This document shows positions 37,484-50,715 of a DNA stretch of 64,000 bases, one piece after another. The translations under genes were made by a program, and so were the position numbers. Position 1 is the stretch's first letter; every line of letters starts with the position of its first letter. Source of the stretch: Octopus sinensis (lineage: Eukaryota); contig NC_043020.1 of assembly GCF_006345805.1 (NCBI RefSeq), forward strand, positions 4,836,001 through 4,900,000. The letters are read 5' to 3'. The notes below the pieces were generated by a model. It worked only from the letters and a program-made list of their open reading frames with translations, made no database searches and was not told the DNA's origin.

Positions 37484-39093
37484 CAGTTGCGGCCAAAATG
37501 TTCAGAACGGCATTGTTTTCGCCAGAAAAGTAAGTATAAGTTTTTATCAAAGCTGTTCTATAATTTTCACAGACAATAAATACAATATTAATTGTTATTG
37601 TCTGAGATTTTGGTGTAATTTGAGAGGATAATACAAAAGTTATGGATGATTTAGTGATTTACTGCAAAACCCATGGCGGCCAAAATGATCAGAACGGTTG
37701 AAAAATAACAAAATAATAAAAAATGACAGAAAATACTGGAATTATTTAATATTTAGTGTGAAGCCCTTTAGCTTCAATCACACTTTGACATCTTCGACTA
37801 CATGAGGAAATTAAATTTTCAATTTCTTGCTAGGTGATCTTATTCCATTCTTCCTGAAGGGCATTCCATAATTGCTCGGTTGTTTTAGGATTTCTGGCTT
37901 TCGAACGTTCTCCTAGAATACTCCACACATTTTCAATAGGATTGAGATCTGGGCTTTGAGCAGGCCAATCCATAATAATAACCTTTTCAGCCTTGAGGAA
38001 GTTCATGACCACCTTAGCCTTGTGACATGGGCATTGTCCTGCATGAATATGGGTGGTTGCTTAGTTGAATTTCTCAGCACAGGCAAGACACGATCTTTTA
38101 CAAGTTGTTTATAAACTCCTGCATTTACCTTTCCGTGTAATCGCACCAAAGAGCCCACACCATCTCCAGATATCATCCCCCAAACCATGACACTTCCTCC
38201 ACCGAATTTAACACTAGTCTTAAGGCATTTAGGCGACAATTTTTCACCTACTTTTCAACGAACGTACCTTTTCCCATCTGAGCCAAATAGCATAAACTTA
38301 GATTCATCACTGAAATGCACCGTTTGCCATTTTTCTTGAGACCACAACACATGTTCAGCTGCAAAGGTAAGACGACACTTTTTATTTTTGGAGCTGATCA
38401 GTGGCTTCACTGCAGGTGACCTTGCTTGTAGGTTATGTTCAACTAAACGATGAGACACAGTTTTTCGAGATAACATTTTCTTCAGTACAATGCTCATTGT
38501 CCGAGAAACAGCAGCAGCAGTTTTAAATCTGTCCTTTTTAACCAACTTTACCATAGCACGATCTTCTCTCTTGATCGTTTTTCTTGGCGTACCTGTAGAC
38601 TTTCTTGCTTCACACGAACCACAATCATCGTAGACCTTGATAATACCGTGTACAACACTTTTTGACTTGCTAACAATCTTTGCAATAGACCCAATACTTA
38701 AATTATCCTCCTTTCGAAGCTTAATAATTGCTGACGAATTGGTAACGGAGTAAGTGGCATTATATTAACAAAGTACACTGCAGATATTCTTACTAATGTT
38801 TAGTAAACGAACCATCACGTAAACAAATTCAAAACATTAGATGTCGCCGGTTAAATATACTAAAACACGGAGTAAAATCAACCGTTCTGATCATTTTGGC
38901 CGCCATGGGTTTTGCAGTAAATCACTAATTTCCATGACTTTTGTATTATTCACTCAAATGACACCAAAATCTCAGACAATAACAATTAATATTGTATTTA
39001 TTGTCTGTGAAAATTATAGAACAGCTTTGATAAAAACTTATACTTACTTTTCTGGCGAAAACAATGCCGTTCTGAACATTTTGGCCGCAACTG
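37484..39093 (-). mobile_element. Near-complete Tc1 element (1610 bp) with ~217-bp IR/DR termini, inserted in (TA)n
   Basis: TIRs at 37484-37701 and 38878-39093, flanking TA, and an inner repeat GCGGCCAAAATGATCAGAACGG duplicating the outer one. Confidence 0.96.
37746..38760 (-). pseudogene. Tc1-family DD34E transposase pseudogene
   Basis: FSDESKF, KFGGGSVMVWG, FMQDNA and WPAQSPDLNPIENVW, with 34 residues between D and E. Two 1-bp frameshifts (~38735, ~38037) and two stops (38255, 37830). Confidence 0.95.
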
Positions 39094-39139
<46 letters not shown>

Positions 39140-40140
39140 CTCTAAAATAATATGTTGCAATTATTCAATAGTCAATATATATATATATACACACATATAT
39201 ACAGATTCATACGTATAATATAGATAGATGGATAGATAGATAGAGACATAAATGCGATGTCTGTTTGTTGGGCCTATTCCATGTCAAAAGACATACGCAC
39301 GCACACAATTATACACACGCACGTATACATACATACATAGGAACATACATACATATACAGAGATACATACACATACACTCACATATATGTAGTTACGTAA
39401 ATACAGGCATGCTTATATACATAATGCATTTACACTCATGCGTACATACATACATACGTGCATATATATATATATATGGTGTGTGTGTGTGTGTGTGTAT
39501 ATAAATGTATATATATTTGCATATATACATGTATACACACACACGCACACATACACACACATATACACGGATTAGGTCCATTTAAAGGATATCTCTATTG
39601 ACATGAAATGCGAGCATGAAAATGAAATCCTCTCTGTCACACACACACACACACACCAAACGCACACATTGACATGCATATACATGCATGTATATAAATG
39701 CATATACACATATACATGTATATATATAAACACACATATATAAATATATCTACATATATATATATATATATATATATACAGATTCAGACATATATGTACA
39801 CTTACACACACACACATATATATGTATATATATATATATACACACACGCACATATATGTTTGCACATATATATGCAGACTCTCAAAGTCGTTTCACACAT
39901 ACAAACACTCACATATACAGTGACTAACACGTATAGGTACTCACACACACGTATGTGCATGCAGTGGGTATGTGTGTGTGATGTGTGTGTGTGTTTATGT
40001 GTGTGTGTGTGAGTGTGTGTGTGTGTACAACTGAGAAAGTAACCCCTTTCTCCTTTCCCTTCTTCCGTCACTATATTTCATGTCACAAAAACTCACAACA
40101 CTTCCATGTTGGCTGGAAAATCCTATCGTCTGCTTTTATT

Positions 40141-40275
40141 GATAAGCGGCCATTTTGTTTGCGATTGGTAGAAGGCTGATTGTTAAAATGCTTAATGTAT
40201 TTCCAGTGAATGGAATTGGTGGGCGGGAGAAAATCTCCAATGAATTGACTACACGAGGAATTTTTCAGATTGGAA
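40141..40275. promoter_or_regulatory. Cluster of promoter-type motifs (YY1-like, CCAAT x4, GC box)
   Basis: GCGGCCATTTTG at 40146; ATTGG at 40164, 40215 and 40269; CCAAT at 40237; GGGCGGGA at 40221. Confidence 0.3.
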
Positions 40276-40319
40276 GATGGAATTTCGTAGAGAAACGCAA
40301 AAGAGATAAAGAGATGGAG

Positions 40320-40572
40320 GAAGAGAGAGCGAGAGAGATGAGAGAGAGTGACTGAGTGAGAGGGAGGGAGACAGAGAGCAAATGCAAATGATAGAGATAA
40401 AGAGGGGGATTAAGAAAAACAAAGAGAGAGTGTGAGAGTGTAAGAGAGAGTGAGACAGAGAGAGAGAGACGCGTAAGGTTGAAGAGAGAGAATGAGAGAG
40501 AGGGAGGGAGAGACAAAACGACTCTTTCGTGTTTTGTGTGTATATGTGTGTATGAATGTGTATGTGTGAGAA

Positions 40573-40662
<90 letters not shown>

Positions 40663-41280
40663 GAGGAGAGAGAGTGAATTGTTTTGTTTATGTATGTTTG
40701 TGTGTTTCTGAAAGAGAGAGAGAGAGGGGGTAAGAGGGAGAGAGAAAAGTTAAGAGGTAAAGAGTGGGACAGAGATTTTGTATGTGTGTATATATGCGGA
40801 TGTGTAACAGAGAGAGCGGGGGGTATTAAGAGATTCAAAGGGGTAGAGAGGGATTTTATGTGTATGTGCGCGTGTGTGAGAGAAGTATAAGAGAGAAAGA
40901 GAGAGAGAGAGAGAGAGAGGTAGAGAGACAAATCGACAGACAGACAGATAGACAGACCGACAGAAAAAGCCAATGAGAGCTTGTGTATTTGCGTCTGCGT
41001 ACGTAAGATGGTGTGCGTACGTATGTTAAAAAGAGAAAGAGAGGGGGAGATAGAGGCAGGTGGTAAAACTGAAGGACTCTTAGAAAAAGGAGATCGAAAA
41101 AATAAAGGAACGTGTTAAAGTAGATAATGAAACAGTGACGAAAAATGACTGAAGCAGACGACAGAGAGAAAGAGAGAGAGTGGGGAGAATGGGAGAGAGA
41201 GAGAATGAAATGAGTAATTGGAGAGACGGGAGAATGGAGAAAGAATATTTTGGCAGGTGATGGTGGTACCGAGGTGCAAT

Positions 41281-41337
<57 letters not shown>

Positions 41338-41470
41338 AAGAAGAAGAAAAAGAAGACATTAACAATGATGATGATGATGATGATGATGATGGCGTTGTTT
41401 TTGCTATTGATGTTGTTGGAGGTTGTTATTGTTCATGATTGTGGCAATGATGATGATGATGATGATGATA

Positions 41471-41507
<37 letters not shown>

Positions 41508-43025
41508 CGACGACGACGACGAAGACAACGACGACGATGACGGTGGTGATTGTTATGGTGGTGGTGCCGTCGTCGTGGTGATGGCAATGATAATGGTGAT
41601 GATGATGATGATGATGATGATGGTGGTGGTATTGGTGGTGGTGGTGGTGGTGGCGGCGGCGACGTCGGTATTGGTGGTGGTGGTGGTGGCGGCGGCGACG
41701 TCGGTGTTGGTGGTTACGTCGACAATGGGTGGCGTTAAAGATTGTGGTTGTGCTTGTGATGGTATCGGCGCTGGTATCGGTGCATGTGATGACGGTGGTA
41801 GTTGTGGTGGTGGTGGTGGTGGTGGTGGTGGCGGCGGTGGTAACAATGGCGGCGGTGGTGGTGATGGTACTGACGACGACGGTGGTGGTGGTGGTGGTGA
41901 TAGCGATGGCAGTGATGATGATGATGATGATGATGCTGATGAGATGATGATGATGATGATGATGACGATGATGATAACGATGATGATGATGATGATGGCG
42001 ATGATTATGCAGATGGTATTTGCTGCTGCCGTTCTTAGTTGCAGCAGTTGTGATGGTTGACTGGTTAGTTGGTTAGTTGGTTAGTGGTGGCGGCGATGGT
42101 GGTGTTGGTAGCGATAGTAGTGGTTTGCGGCTCGGCGGCTCGGTGGCTCGGTGGCTCGGTGGCAGCGGTGATGGCGGTTTTGATTCGATGCGGCATGGTG
42201 GGGTGGTGGTGGTGTAAGAGGAGAGGGTGTAGGGGGTGGCTTCTGGAGATCTGGTGAATGGTTGAGAGAGGGTGGAGGTTGTGGTGGTGTTTTGGGTGGT
42301 GATGTTGGATACTTCGAAATGGTATTACAACTGATGGTGAATGGTTTTTAGATGTGCGCGCATGTCTATGTATGTATGTGTATATATGAGTGTGTATGTG
42401 TACGTATGTGTGTATGTGTGTGCGTATGTGTATTCATGTGCGTGTATGTATGTGTATGTATGTGTATATATGCGTGTGTATGTGTGTATGTGTATGTATG
42501 TGTATGTATGTGCGTGCATGTATGTGTATATATATGTGTGTATGTGTGTGTATGTGCGTGTATGTATTTGCGTGTATGTGTATGTATGTGTATATGCGTG
42601 TGTATGCGTATGTATGTGTATATAAGTGTGTATGTATGTGTATGTATGTGTATATAAGTGTGTGTATGTGTGTGTATATATGTGTGTGTATGTGTATGCG
42701 TCTGCGTGTATGTATGTGTATGTACATGTATATATGTGTGCATGTGTATGTATGTGCGTGTATATGTATGTATATATATGTATATGTGTGTATGTGTATG
42801 GATGTGTATATATATGCGTGTATGTGTATGTGCATATGTGTGTATTTACGTGTATGTGTATGTATATACGTTTGTGTATATGTGTATGTATGTTCTATTC
42901 AATGTAAGCATACATATGTGTGTATGCATACGAATGTGTATATGCATGTGTGTTTCTATATATGTGTATGTATGAATATGCGCATGTGTATGAATGTATG
43001 TATATGTATGTATGCGTATGTACAC

Positions 43026-43076
<51 letters not shown>

Positions 43077-44720
43077 AGCATGTATATGGATGTACGCTTA
43101 TGTATGTGTATATGGATATATGTATAAATATGTACGTGTATGTACGTGTGTGTGTGTGTACATATGTGTGTTTGGTTGGAATGGGTTGTATTAGTGCTAC
43201 TATTCGTGGTGGTGGTGGTGCTGGCGGCGGCGGCGGCGGCGGTGGTGGTGGTGGTGATGATGGTGATGGTGGTGGTGGTGGTGGTGGTGGTGATGGTGGT
43301 GGTGGTGGTGGAAGTGGTGGTAGTGGTGGTTATGGTGGTGGTGGTTACAATGGGTGGTTCATGAAACCGGTTAGTATCGTGAGTAGCAGCGATGGCGGCG
43401 CTGAGGACGATGGTAGTGGTATCGGTTGATGGCTTAGTTGGTATAACATTGTACAATTCGTACCACTACCAGCCACCCTGACAAACCACCCCGCCGCCCT
43501 ACCAATCATCGACACCGCCGCCGCCGCCACCACCATCGTCATCCCGCTTTCCTGCTCTACATCGCCCACCTCCAACCTCCAGGCACTCGCGCGTTCGTTC
43601 GCTCGCTCTTTTAGCCCGTGTTTCGACGTTTCGATTCAAATGTTTGTACAAATGAAGAGAATACAACGCCATCTTGTCAAATCTCGTTAAAAGGAATTAG
43701 TGAGTTGGCCCGGATTAAAAACTCGACCTGCGCCGTCGTCCGCACCACCAGTACCACAACCACAACCACCACCAAACCCACCACCACCACCACCACCACC
43801 ATTACTACAACCGAATCACGCTACCCTTCTTGCCATTCTTCCTTATCACCATCCTTTACTTCCAGTGCCACACCCTATACCACCACCACCACCACTACAC
43901 CACCATCACCACCACCACTACACTACCATCACCACCACTACTACCACCATTACCACCACTATCACTATCTCCAACATCACTACCATCAGCACCACAAGAA
44001 CCACCAAACCTCACCCCACAACCATACCCCACCAACACCGCTACCACTACAAGCGATCCACAACAACCCCAACCATCACATCACCACCAGCACCACCACC
44101 ACCACCACTACACTACAACCACCACCACCAACAACAACACTACCACCAACACAACCGCCGCAATCATTGCCACTAAAACTAGCACCACAACCACTGAAAT
44201 CCCCTCACCAGTACCTCCACCACCACCGCCACTGTCATCACCACCACTACAACCACTAATACTACAATCACTCACCATGGCCACCCACACTGACTTCGCA
44301 CCCCGCCGTCACTTTCACTCGTGCCTCTTCTGCGCCTTCATTCCTCATCACACGATTGGTATTTCTGCCCCTAATCTTCATTCTTGTTGTTGCTGTTGAC
44401 GTTTTCTTCTTCCTCCTCTTCCTCCCCCTCCTCCTCCTCCTCCACCTCTTCTTCTTCTTCTATTTATTCTTCCCTCCCTCGCTCCCTCTTACTTTCTCAT
44501 TCTCTCTCTCTCTCGCTATATATTCATTCACACATATTCAGACACACACACAGACGTATATACATACATACGTATACCCATATGAATAGATCCTTGTCTT
44601 TCTTTCTCTCTATCTCTCTCTATCGCTCACTTTCTCCCTCTTTCCTCTATCTCTCTCTATCGCTCACTTTCTCCCTCTTTCTCTCTCTCTCTCTCTTTCT
44701 CTAACTTTCTGTATGTATAT
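40320..44720. repeat. Low-complexity tract: (GA)n, (GAT)n, (GGT)n, (TG/TATG)n, (ACC)n, (CT)n
   Basis: Direct reading, with small unique islands at ~43440-43750. Confidence 0.9.
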
Positions 44721-44739
44721 ATGTATATATACGTATATG

Positions 44740-45134
44740 TATGTGTGTGTTTGTGCTTCCGCCAACATCGCTTGACAACCGATGCCGGTGCGTTTACGTC
44801 CCCGTAACCTAGCGGTTCGGCAAAAGAGACCGATAGAATAAGGTACCAGTGCTGGGGTCGATTTGTTCGACTGAAAGGCGGTGCTCCAGCATGGCCGCAG
44901 TCAAATGACTGAAACAAGTAAAAAGAAATGTGTATATATATTCTTTAATTTTTTTATTCTTTTTACTTGTTTCAGTCATTTGACTGCGGCCATGCTGGAG
45001 CACCGCCTTTAGTCGAACAAATCGACCCCAGCACTGGTACCTTATTCTATCGGTCTCTTTTGCCGAACCGCTAGGTTACGGGGACGTAAACACACCAGCA
45101 TCGGTTGTCAAGTGATGTTGGGGGGGAGCACAAA

Positions 45135-45183
<49 letters not shown>

Positions 45184-45945
45184 AACACACACACACACAC
45201 ACACACACAAACCACACACACACCACCACAACACACACACACAAACACACACAACACACACACACACACACACAAACACACACCCACACACACACACAAA
45301 CACACACACACAAAACACCACACAACACACACACACAAACAACACACACACACACACCACAAAAAACACACAAACACAAACACAAACACACACCCACACA
45401 TATATATATATAATGGCAGTCTTCTTTCAGTTTCCATCTACCAAATCCACTCACAAGGCTTTGGTCGGCCCGAGGCTATAGTAGAAGACACTTGCTCAAG
45501 GTGCCACGCAGTGGGACTGAACCCGGAAGCATGTGGTTGGGAAGCAAGCTACCATACAGCCACTCCTACGCCAATGTGTGTGTGTGTGTGTGTGTGTGTG
45601 TGGAGTGGCTATGTTGTAAGAATCTTGCTTCACAACCGCATTGTTCCGGGTTCACCCTCTACTGCGTGGCGCATTGGCCAATTCTTTTCTACGGTAGACT
45701 CGGGCCGACCAAAGATTTGTGCGTAGATCTCGTAGACGGAAACTGAAAGAAGTCCGTCATATACATTTATATATATATGTGTTTATGTGTGTGTAACCAA
45801 GCGGTTTGGCCAGAGAGCTCGACAGAATAAGCAACAGGCTTTAAGAAATGTCCGGGTTCTATTCATTCGACTCAAAATTATTCAAGGTGTCTCTCTAGTT
45901 TGGTCGCAGTGAAAGAGTCACAGAAGCAAGTAAAAGATAAAATGA
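44740..45945. mobile_element. Cluster of SINE-A copies: + 3' half (44740-44927), - full copy (44957-45572), + copy (45600-45945)
   Basis: Recognisable heads, internal CA tract and tails. Confidence 0.88.
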
Positions 45946-46470
45946 ATGAATGAATGTATATAGATAGATGTGTGTATGTGAAGTCATACATGACAGAGAG
46001 ATACTTGGGTGAAATTTTGTGTAACAATAAGAAAATTCCAATATCACGACAAATTGTTTCGTAACCTGAAAACATGTAAATAATTTATATTATTATATTT
46101 AATAATAAACTATTTACATCTGAATTGATGCAAAATCCGAGGGTGCGAGGATTTTCCGGGATTGGGGGCTTCGAATGACCCGTCCGTGTTTTTTGTGTCG
46201 TCTCTGAATGTTTTGCACTTTGTCCCATTTTGCTCCATTTCCTCGCGCCTATTATATAATACTGTATTGGTTCCGTAATTGTTCCATTGTTTTGTTTTTT
46301 TGTTTTCCCGTTTGGATTAAAAATATATATATATATATAATATATATATATATATTATTATATTGTTCGTTTGTTTTCCACCCCCCTTCATTCGACTTTT
46401 GTTTATCATAAAGCTTCCCGTTATATATATATTATAATATATATATATATATTATTATAATATATATTAT

Positions 46471-46533
<63 letters not shown>

Positions 46534-46554
46534 TGTGTGTGTGTGTGTGTGTTG

Positions 46555-46636
46555 TAGTAATCCTCGCGTATCACGGTTGTTACGTCCCAAATTCCCCCGC
46601 GATAGGTGAACTGCGATTATGGGCGAGGGATTACTG
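46555..46636. mobile_element. Tiny pogo/Tigger-like MITE
   Basis: Imperfect TIRs AGTAATCCTCGCG... and ...GCGAGGGATTACTG followed by TA; internal GTTACGTCCCAAATTCCCCCGCGATAGG typical of Tigger-like ends. Confidence 0.5.
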
Positions 46637-46689
46637 TATAATATATATCATATTATATATATATATATGTATAAAAAAATATATATATA

Positions 46690-46870
46690 AAAATACAAAA
46701 TGGGACAAGAACGCAAAACATTCAAATAGACGATACAAAAAACGGACGGGTCATTCGAAGCCTCTAATCTTCAGTCAAAAACCGGATCATCCTCGCAATT
46801 TCTGCTGATTAATCTTGAGATTGCTCCGATCTGGCCAGCCCCAAAGAAAAACTAAGCTACGAGCATTATA
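46690..46870. mobile_element. Short TA-embedded dispersed repeat (same family as 15027), with inverted partner at 46135-46232
   Basis: CAAAATGGGACAAGAACGCAAAACATTC...CGGACGGGTCATTCGAAGCC. Confidence 0.6.
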
Positions 46871-46939
46871 CATATATATATACATTCATACAACATACAA
46901 CGTACATACACTCACACACATATATGCACGTATGTATAC

Positions 46940-47090
46940 GACGGTCCATCTACCAAATTCAATGACAAGTCTTTGGTCGGCCAAGTGCTATAGCAGAAGG
47001 AACTTGACCAAGGTGCTACGCAGTTGGACTGAACCTGAAACCACATGATTGGGTAGCAAGCTTCTCTACCACACACCCATTCCTGAGTGC
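46940..47090 (-). mobile_element. SINE family A head
   Basis: GTCCATCTACCAAATTC...GCAGTTGGACTGAACCTGAAACCACATG. Confidence 0.8.
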
Positions 47091-47174
<84 letters not shown>

Positions 47175-47177
47175 ATT

Positions 47178-47288
<111 letters not shown>

Positions 47289-47414
47289 CCCTCAATCACC
47301 ATTATACTCTGGATCTTTTTCACTATATCTTTCACTCTCAATACCTCTCACTCTTTCCCTCTCGCTCTCTTCAACTCCCTCTCCTCGTATCTTACTCCAA
47401 CACCACTACTCTTC

Positions 47415-47810
47415 AGAACTGGTAGAATTGTTAGCACGCCGAGCGAAATGCGTAGCCGTATTTCGTCTGTTGTTACGTTCTGAGTTCAAATTCCGCCGAG
47501 GTCGACTTTGCCTTTCATCCTTTCGAGGGTCGATAAATTAAGTACCAGTTACGCACTGGGGTCGAGGTAATCGACTTCATCCGTTTATCTGTCCTTGTTT
47601 GTCCCCTTTCTGTTTAGCCCCTTGTGGATAGTAAAGAAATAGGTATTTCGTCTGCCGCTACGTTCTGAGTTCAAATTCCGCCGAGGTCGACGTCGCCTTT
47701 CATCCTTTCGGGGGTCTATAAATTAAGTACCGGCTGTGTACTGGGGTCGATCTAATTGACTGGACCCTCCCCAAAAGTTTCGGGCCTTGTACCTAGAGTA
47801 GAAAAAAGAA
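47415..47810 (+). mobile_element. SINE family B dimer: monomer 1 with tail type 1, monomer 2 with tail type 2
   Basis: Junction GAAATAGG|TATTTCGTCTG at ~47643; ends GTTTCGGGCCTTGTACCTAGAG. Confidence 0.9.
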
Positions 47811-49098
47811 TGAATATCGCTTTTTCACTCAATTTCCTTCTTGCAGTCTCTGTCCCACACTCATTCTCTTTCGGACACTCAATTTCTCTCCCACACTCAA
47901 CCTATCCTCTACGCTCAATGTCTGTTTCACACTCTCCCTCCATCACCTTTCTTCTCACACTCACTTTCTCTCCCTCTCTCTCCCTAACTCTCTCTTCGTA
48001 ACGCTCTCTCTCTCTCTCTCCTTCATCACTCTCCCGTCTCTTTTCAACCGTCCAACACACTTTCACTCTTTCTCTCTCCACCTCCTTCCCACCCACCTCC
48101 ACAATCCCCCCGCCCCCTACAACCACCTCACATCCCACCCCCGTCCCCACCTATCTCTTTTACTCCCTTTCCTACCCCCCTCCCCCCTCCACCCCCTCCA
48201 CCCCCTCCACCCTCCACCGTTTATCTACTCTCGATGCACCTTTCTTACACCCAACATCTCACACCACCTCCTCCATCAACATACAGCCCTTTTTCCGTCA
48301 TCAGACCAATCACCTGAGTACTACGATATGATTACCCAAACATGTCATACAACACACAATCAGCTATATTGTTATGTCCTTAAATCGCCCCTTTATCTTC
48401 ACCGACAACAATCGCCGCCACGCCCGCCATTTTCTTTTCCGACATTTTCTATATATTTTAGCTTTATTACATTCCTTTCTCTTCCCCTCTCTTCTTCTTA
48501 ACCTATCCAACCAAACCATCCATCGCAAATAATTTTATTGCATTCCGATTCTTGCCAGAATTCTTGCAATCTCTGTCGTCTGCTTCAATCATTTCTTTCT
48601 CTTCTGAAACCACTGCATTTGTTTTTATAACGTTTTATAAATTTTCTTTTTTCTTGTGTGTTTCTTCTTGTCTTTTTGTTTATAGTTTTTATCTTCTTCT
48701 TCTCCTGCCATTGTTGTTGTTGTTGTTGTTGTTGCTCTTCTTCTTCTTCTTCTTCTTCTTCTTCTTCTTCTTCTTCTTCTTCTTCTCTTCTTCTTCTTCT
48801 CCATTTGCTCAACTTCCTCGCCTAATATGATTATATCTATCTGTTCATCTCTCTCTCTCTCTCGCTCCTCTCTTCTCTCTCTCTCTGTATATATATAGAT
48901 AATATATATATATATATATTAGAGAGAGAAGAGAAGATAGAGGATAGATAGATAGATAGAGGATATATAATAGATAGATATAGATAGATAGATAGATAGA
49001 ATAGATAGGTAGATGGAGAGAGAGGGAGATTGAGATAGAGAGAGAGAGATCATCTCTTCTTTCACCAAGTCTATTCCTCTAACTTTACCTCTCCCTCT

Positions 49099-49134
<36 letters not shown>

Positions 49135-49509
49135 CATCTATCTACCATTCATCTCCTTTCGCGTGATACTCTCGATCGTCTGCTTCGGTCAAATTTTCAA
49201 TTTTTGACTTCCATTTCCGTCTCTCAACTTTCTCTCCAGTTTCTCTTCCCTCCAACCTCTCCTTACTCTCCTTCTCCATCACAATTCCACCCACCCACCC
49301 ACCTCCTGCTTTCCCCTCAATATTAATTCCACTAACTTTCATTCCAAGTTTTTCAATCCATCTTTCATATTCGCTAGAATTCCATTGATTTGACCTCGCA
49401 CATTCTCTCACCATCTTTCGCGTTTTCCCATTATCCAATCTTCCCCTTCTCTCCTTCCTCGCCCTACCCCTCTCTCTTCTCTCGCCTTCTCTCCCCCACC
49501 ATCTTTCAA

Positions 49510-49550
<41 letters not shown>

Positions 49551-49969
49551 TTCCTACTTTCCTGCTCTTCCTTCTATGCTTCTCTCCCGCCTTCCCTCTC
49601 TCTCTCCTCTCTCTCTACATTTCTCTCTCGCTCTCTCTCTTTCCCCTTTCTACCTTGTCTCTCTGATATTCTCTCTCTCTCTCTCCCTTTCTTTTCCTCT
49701 ATCTCTTCCTCTTAATTTTCGTCTTTCTCTTCATATCTCCCCTCTCTCTGTTTCCCGCTCTTTCTCTTTCATACTTTCTCATTTTCCCTGCTTCCCCCTT
49801 TCTCCTTCTCCTTCTCCTTCTCTCTCCCACTCCTTTACTATCTCCTCTTCTCTATCTCTCCTCTTCCTCTATCTCTTTCTCCTTATCCCCTCCGTCTCTC
49901 TCCCTCTTTCCATTTCTTTCTCTTTCTTTCCTTCTTTCTTTCTTTCCCTCACTTTTCATCTGCATCGTG

Positions 49970-50152
49970 TAGGCGCAGGTGTCGCTATGTGGTAAGTAGT
50001 TTCCTTTCCAACCACATAGTTCCAGGTTCAGTCCCACTGCGTTGCACCTTGAGCAAGTACCTTCTACTATAGCCAAAGGCCGACAAAAAGCATGTAAGTG
50101 AAATTGGTAGACGGAAACTGAAAGAAGCCCATCGATATATATATATATGTGT

Positions 50153-50191
<39 letters not shown>

Positions 50192-50228
50192 ATATGTATA
50201 TGTATATATAAATATATATATATGTATA

Positions 50229-50271
<43 letters not shown>

Positions 50272-50715
50272 TATATACATACATACATACATACATACAT
50301 ACATACATACATACATACATACATACATACATTGATTTCTATGGTAAATATATATATGCTGACAGACGGAATTACCCGACATCTGTCGAGCGAGCGGCCC
50401 TTACTGACGAAGCCTACGGAAATAGGAAAAACTATACGTAACAAACCAAAACTGGTTGGCACATTTAATACCAATTAAATTTTTCCATTATGGTATCGCA
50501 TTGCGCTTAGCTGCTTATATTAAGTTTTTACACCCACATACACACACACACACACGAATGCAGACATATACATAATACATATATGTGCGTATGTGTGTTT
50601 GTGTGTGTCTGTGCCTCTGTTTGTGCCCCACTATCACTTGATAGCCGGTGTCAGTTTGTTTACGTCCCCGTAAACTAGCCGTTCGGTAAAATGGAACTGA
50701 TAGAATAAGCAGTCA
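49970..50715 (+). mobile_element. SINE family A head (49970-50135) and middle (50610-50715) separated by microsatellites and an insert
   Basis: GTAGGCGCAGGTGTCGCTATGTGGTAAG head; GTTTACGTCCCCGTAAACTAGCCGTTCGG body. Confidence 0.75.

Noticed and set aside
41365-44400. Gly/Pro/Thr-rich and CVCV/HTHT ORFs resembling extensins, mucins or metallothioneins
   Set aside because: Pure simple-repeat translations on both strands.
47890-49970. Long polypyrimidine/polypurine and C-run tracts with triplex or G-quadruplex potential
   Set aside because: An expected consequence of abundant CT and C-rich simple repeats, with nothing indicating a specific function.
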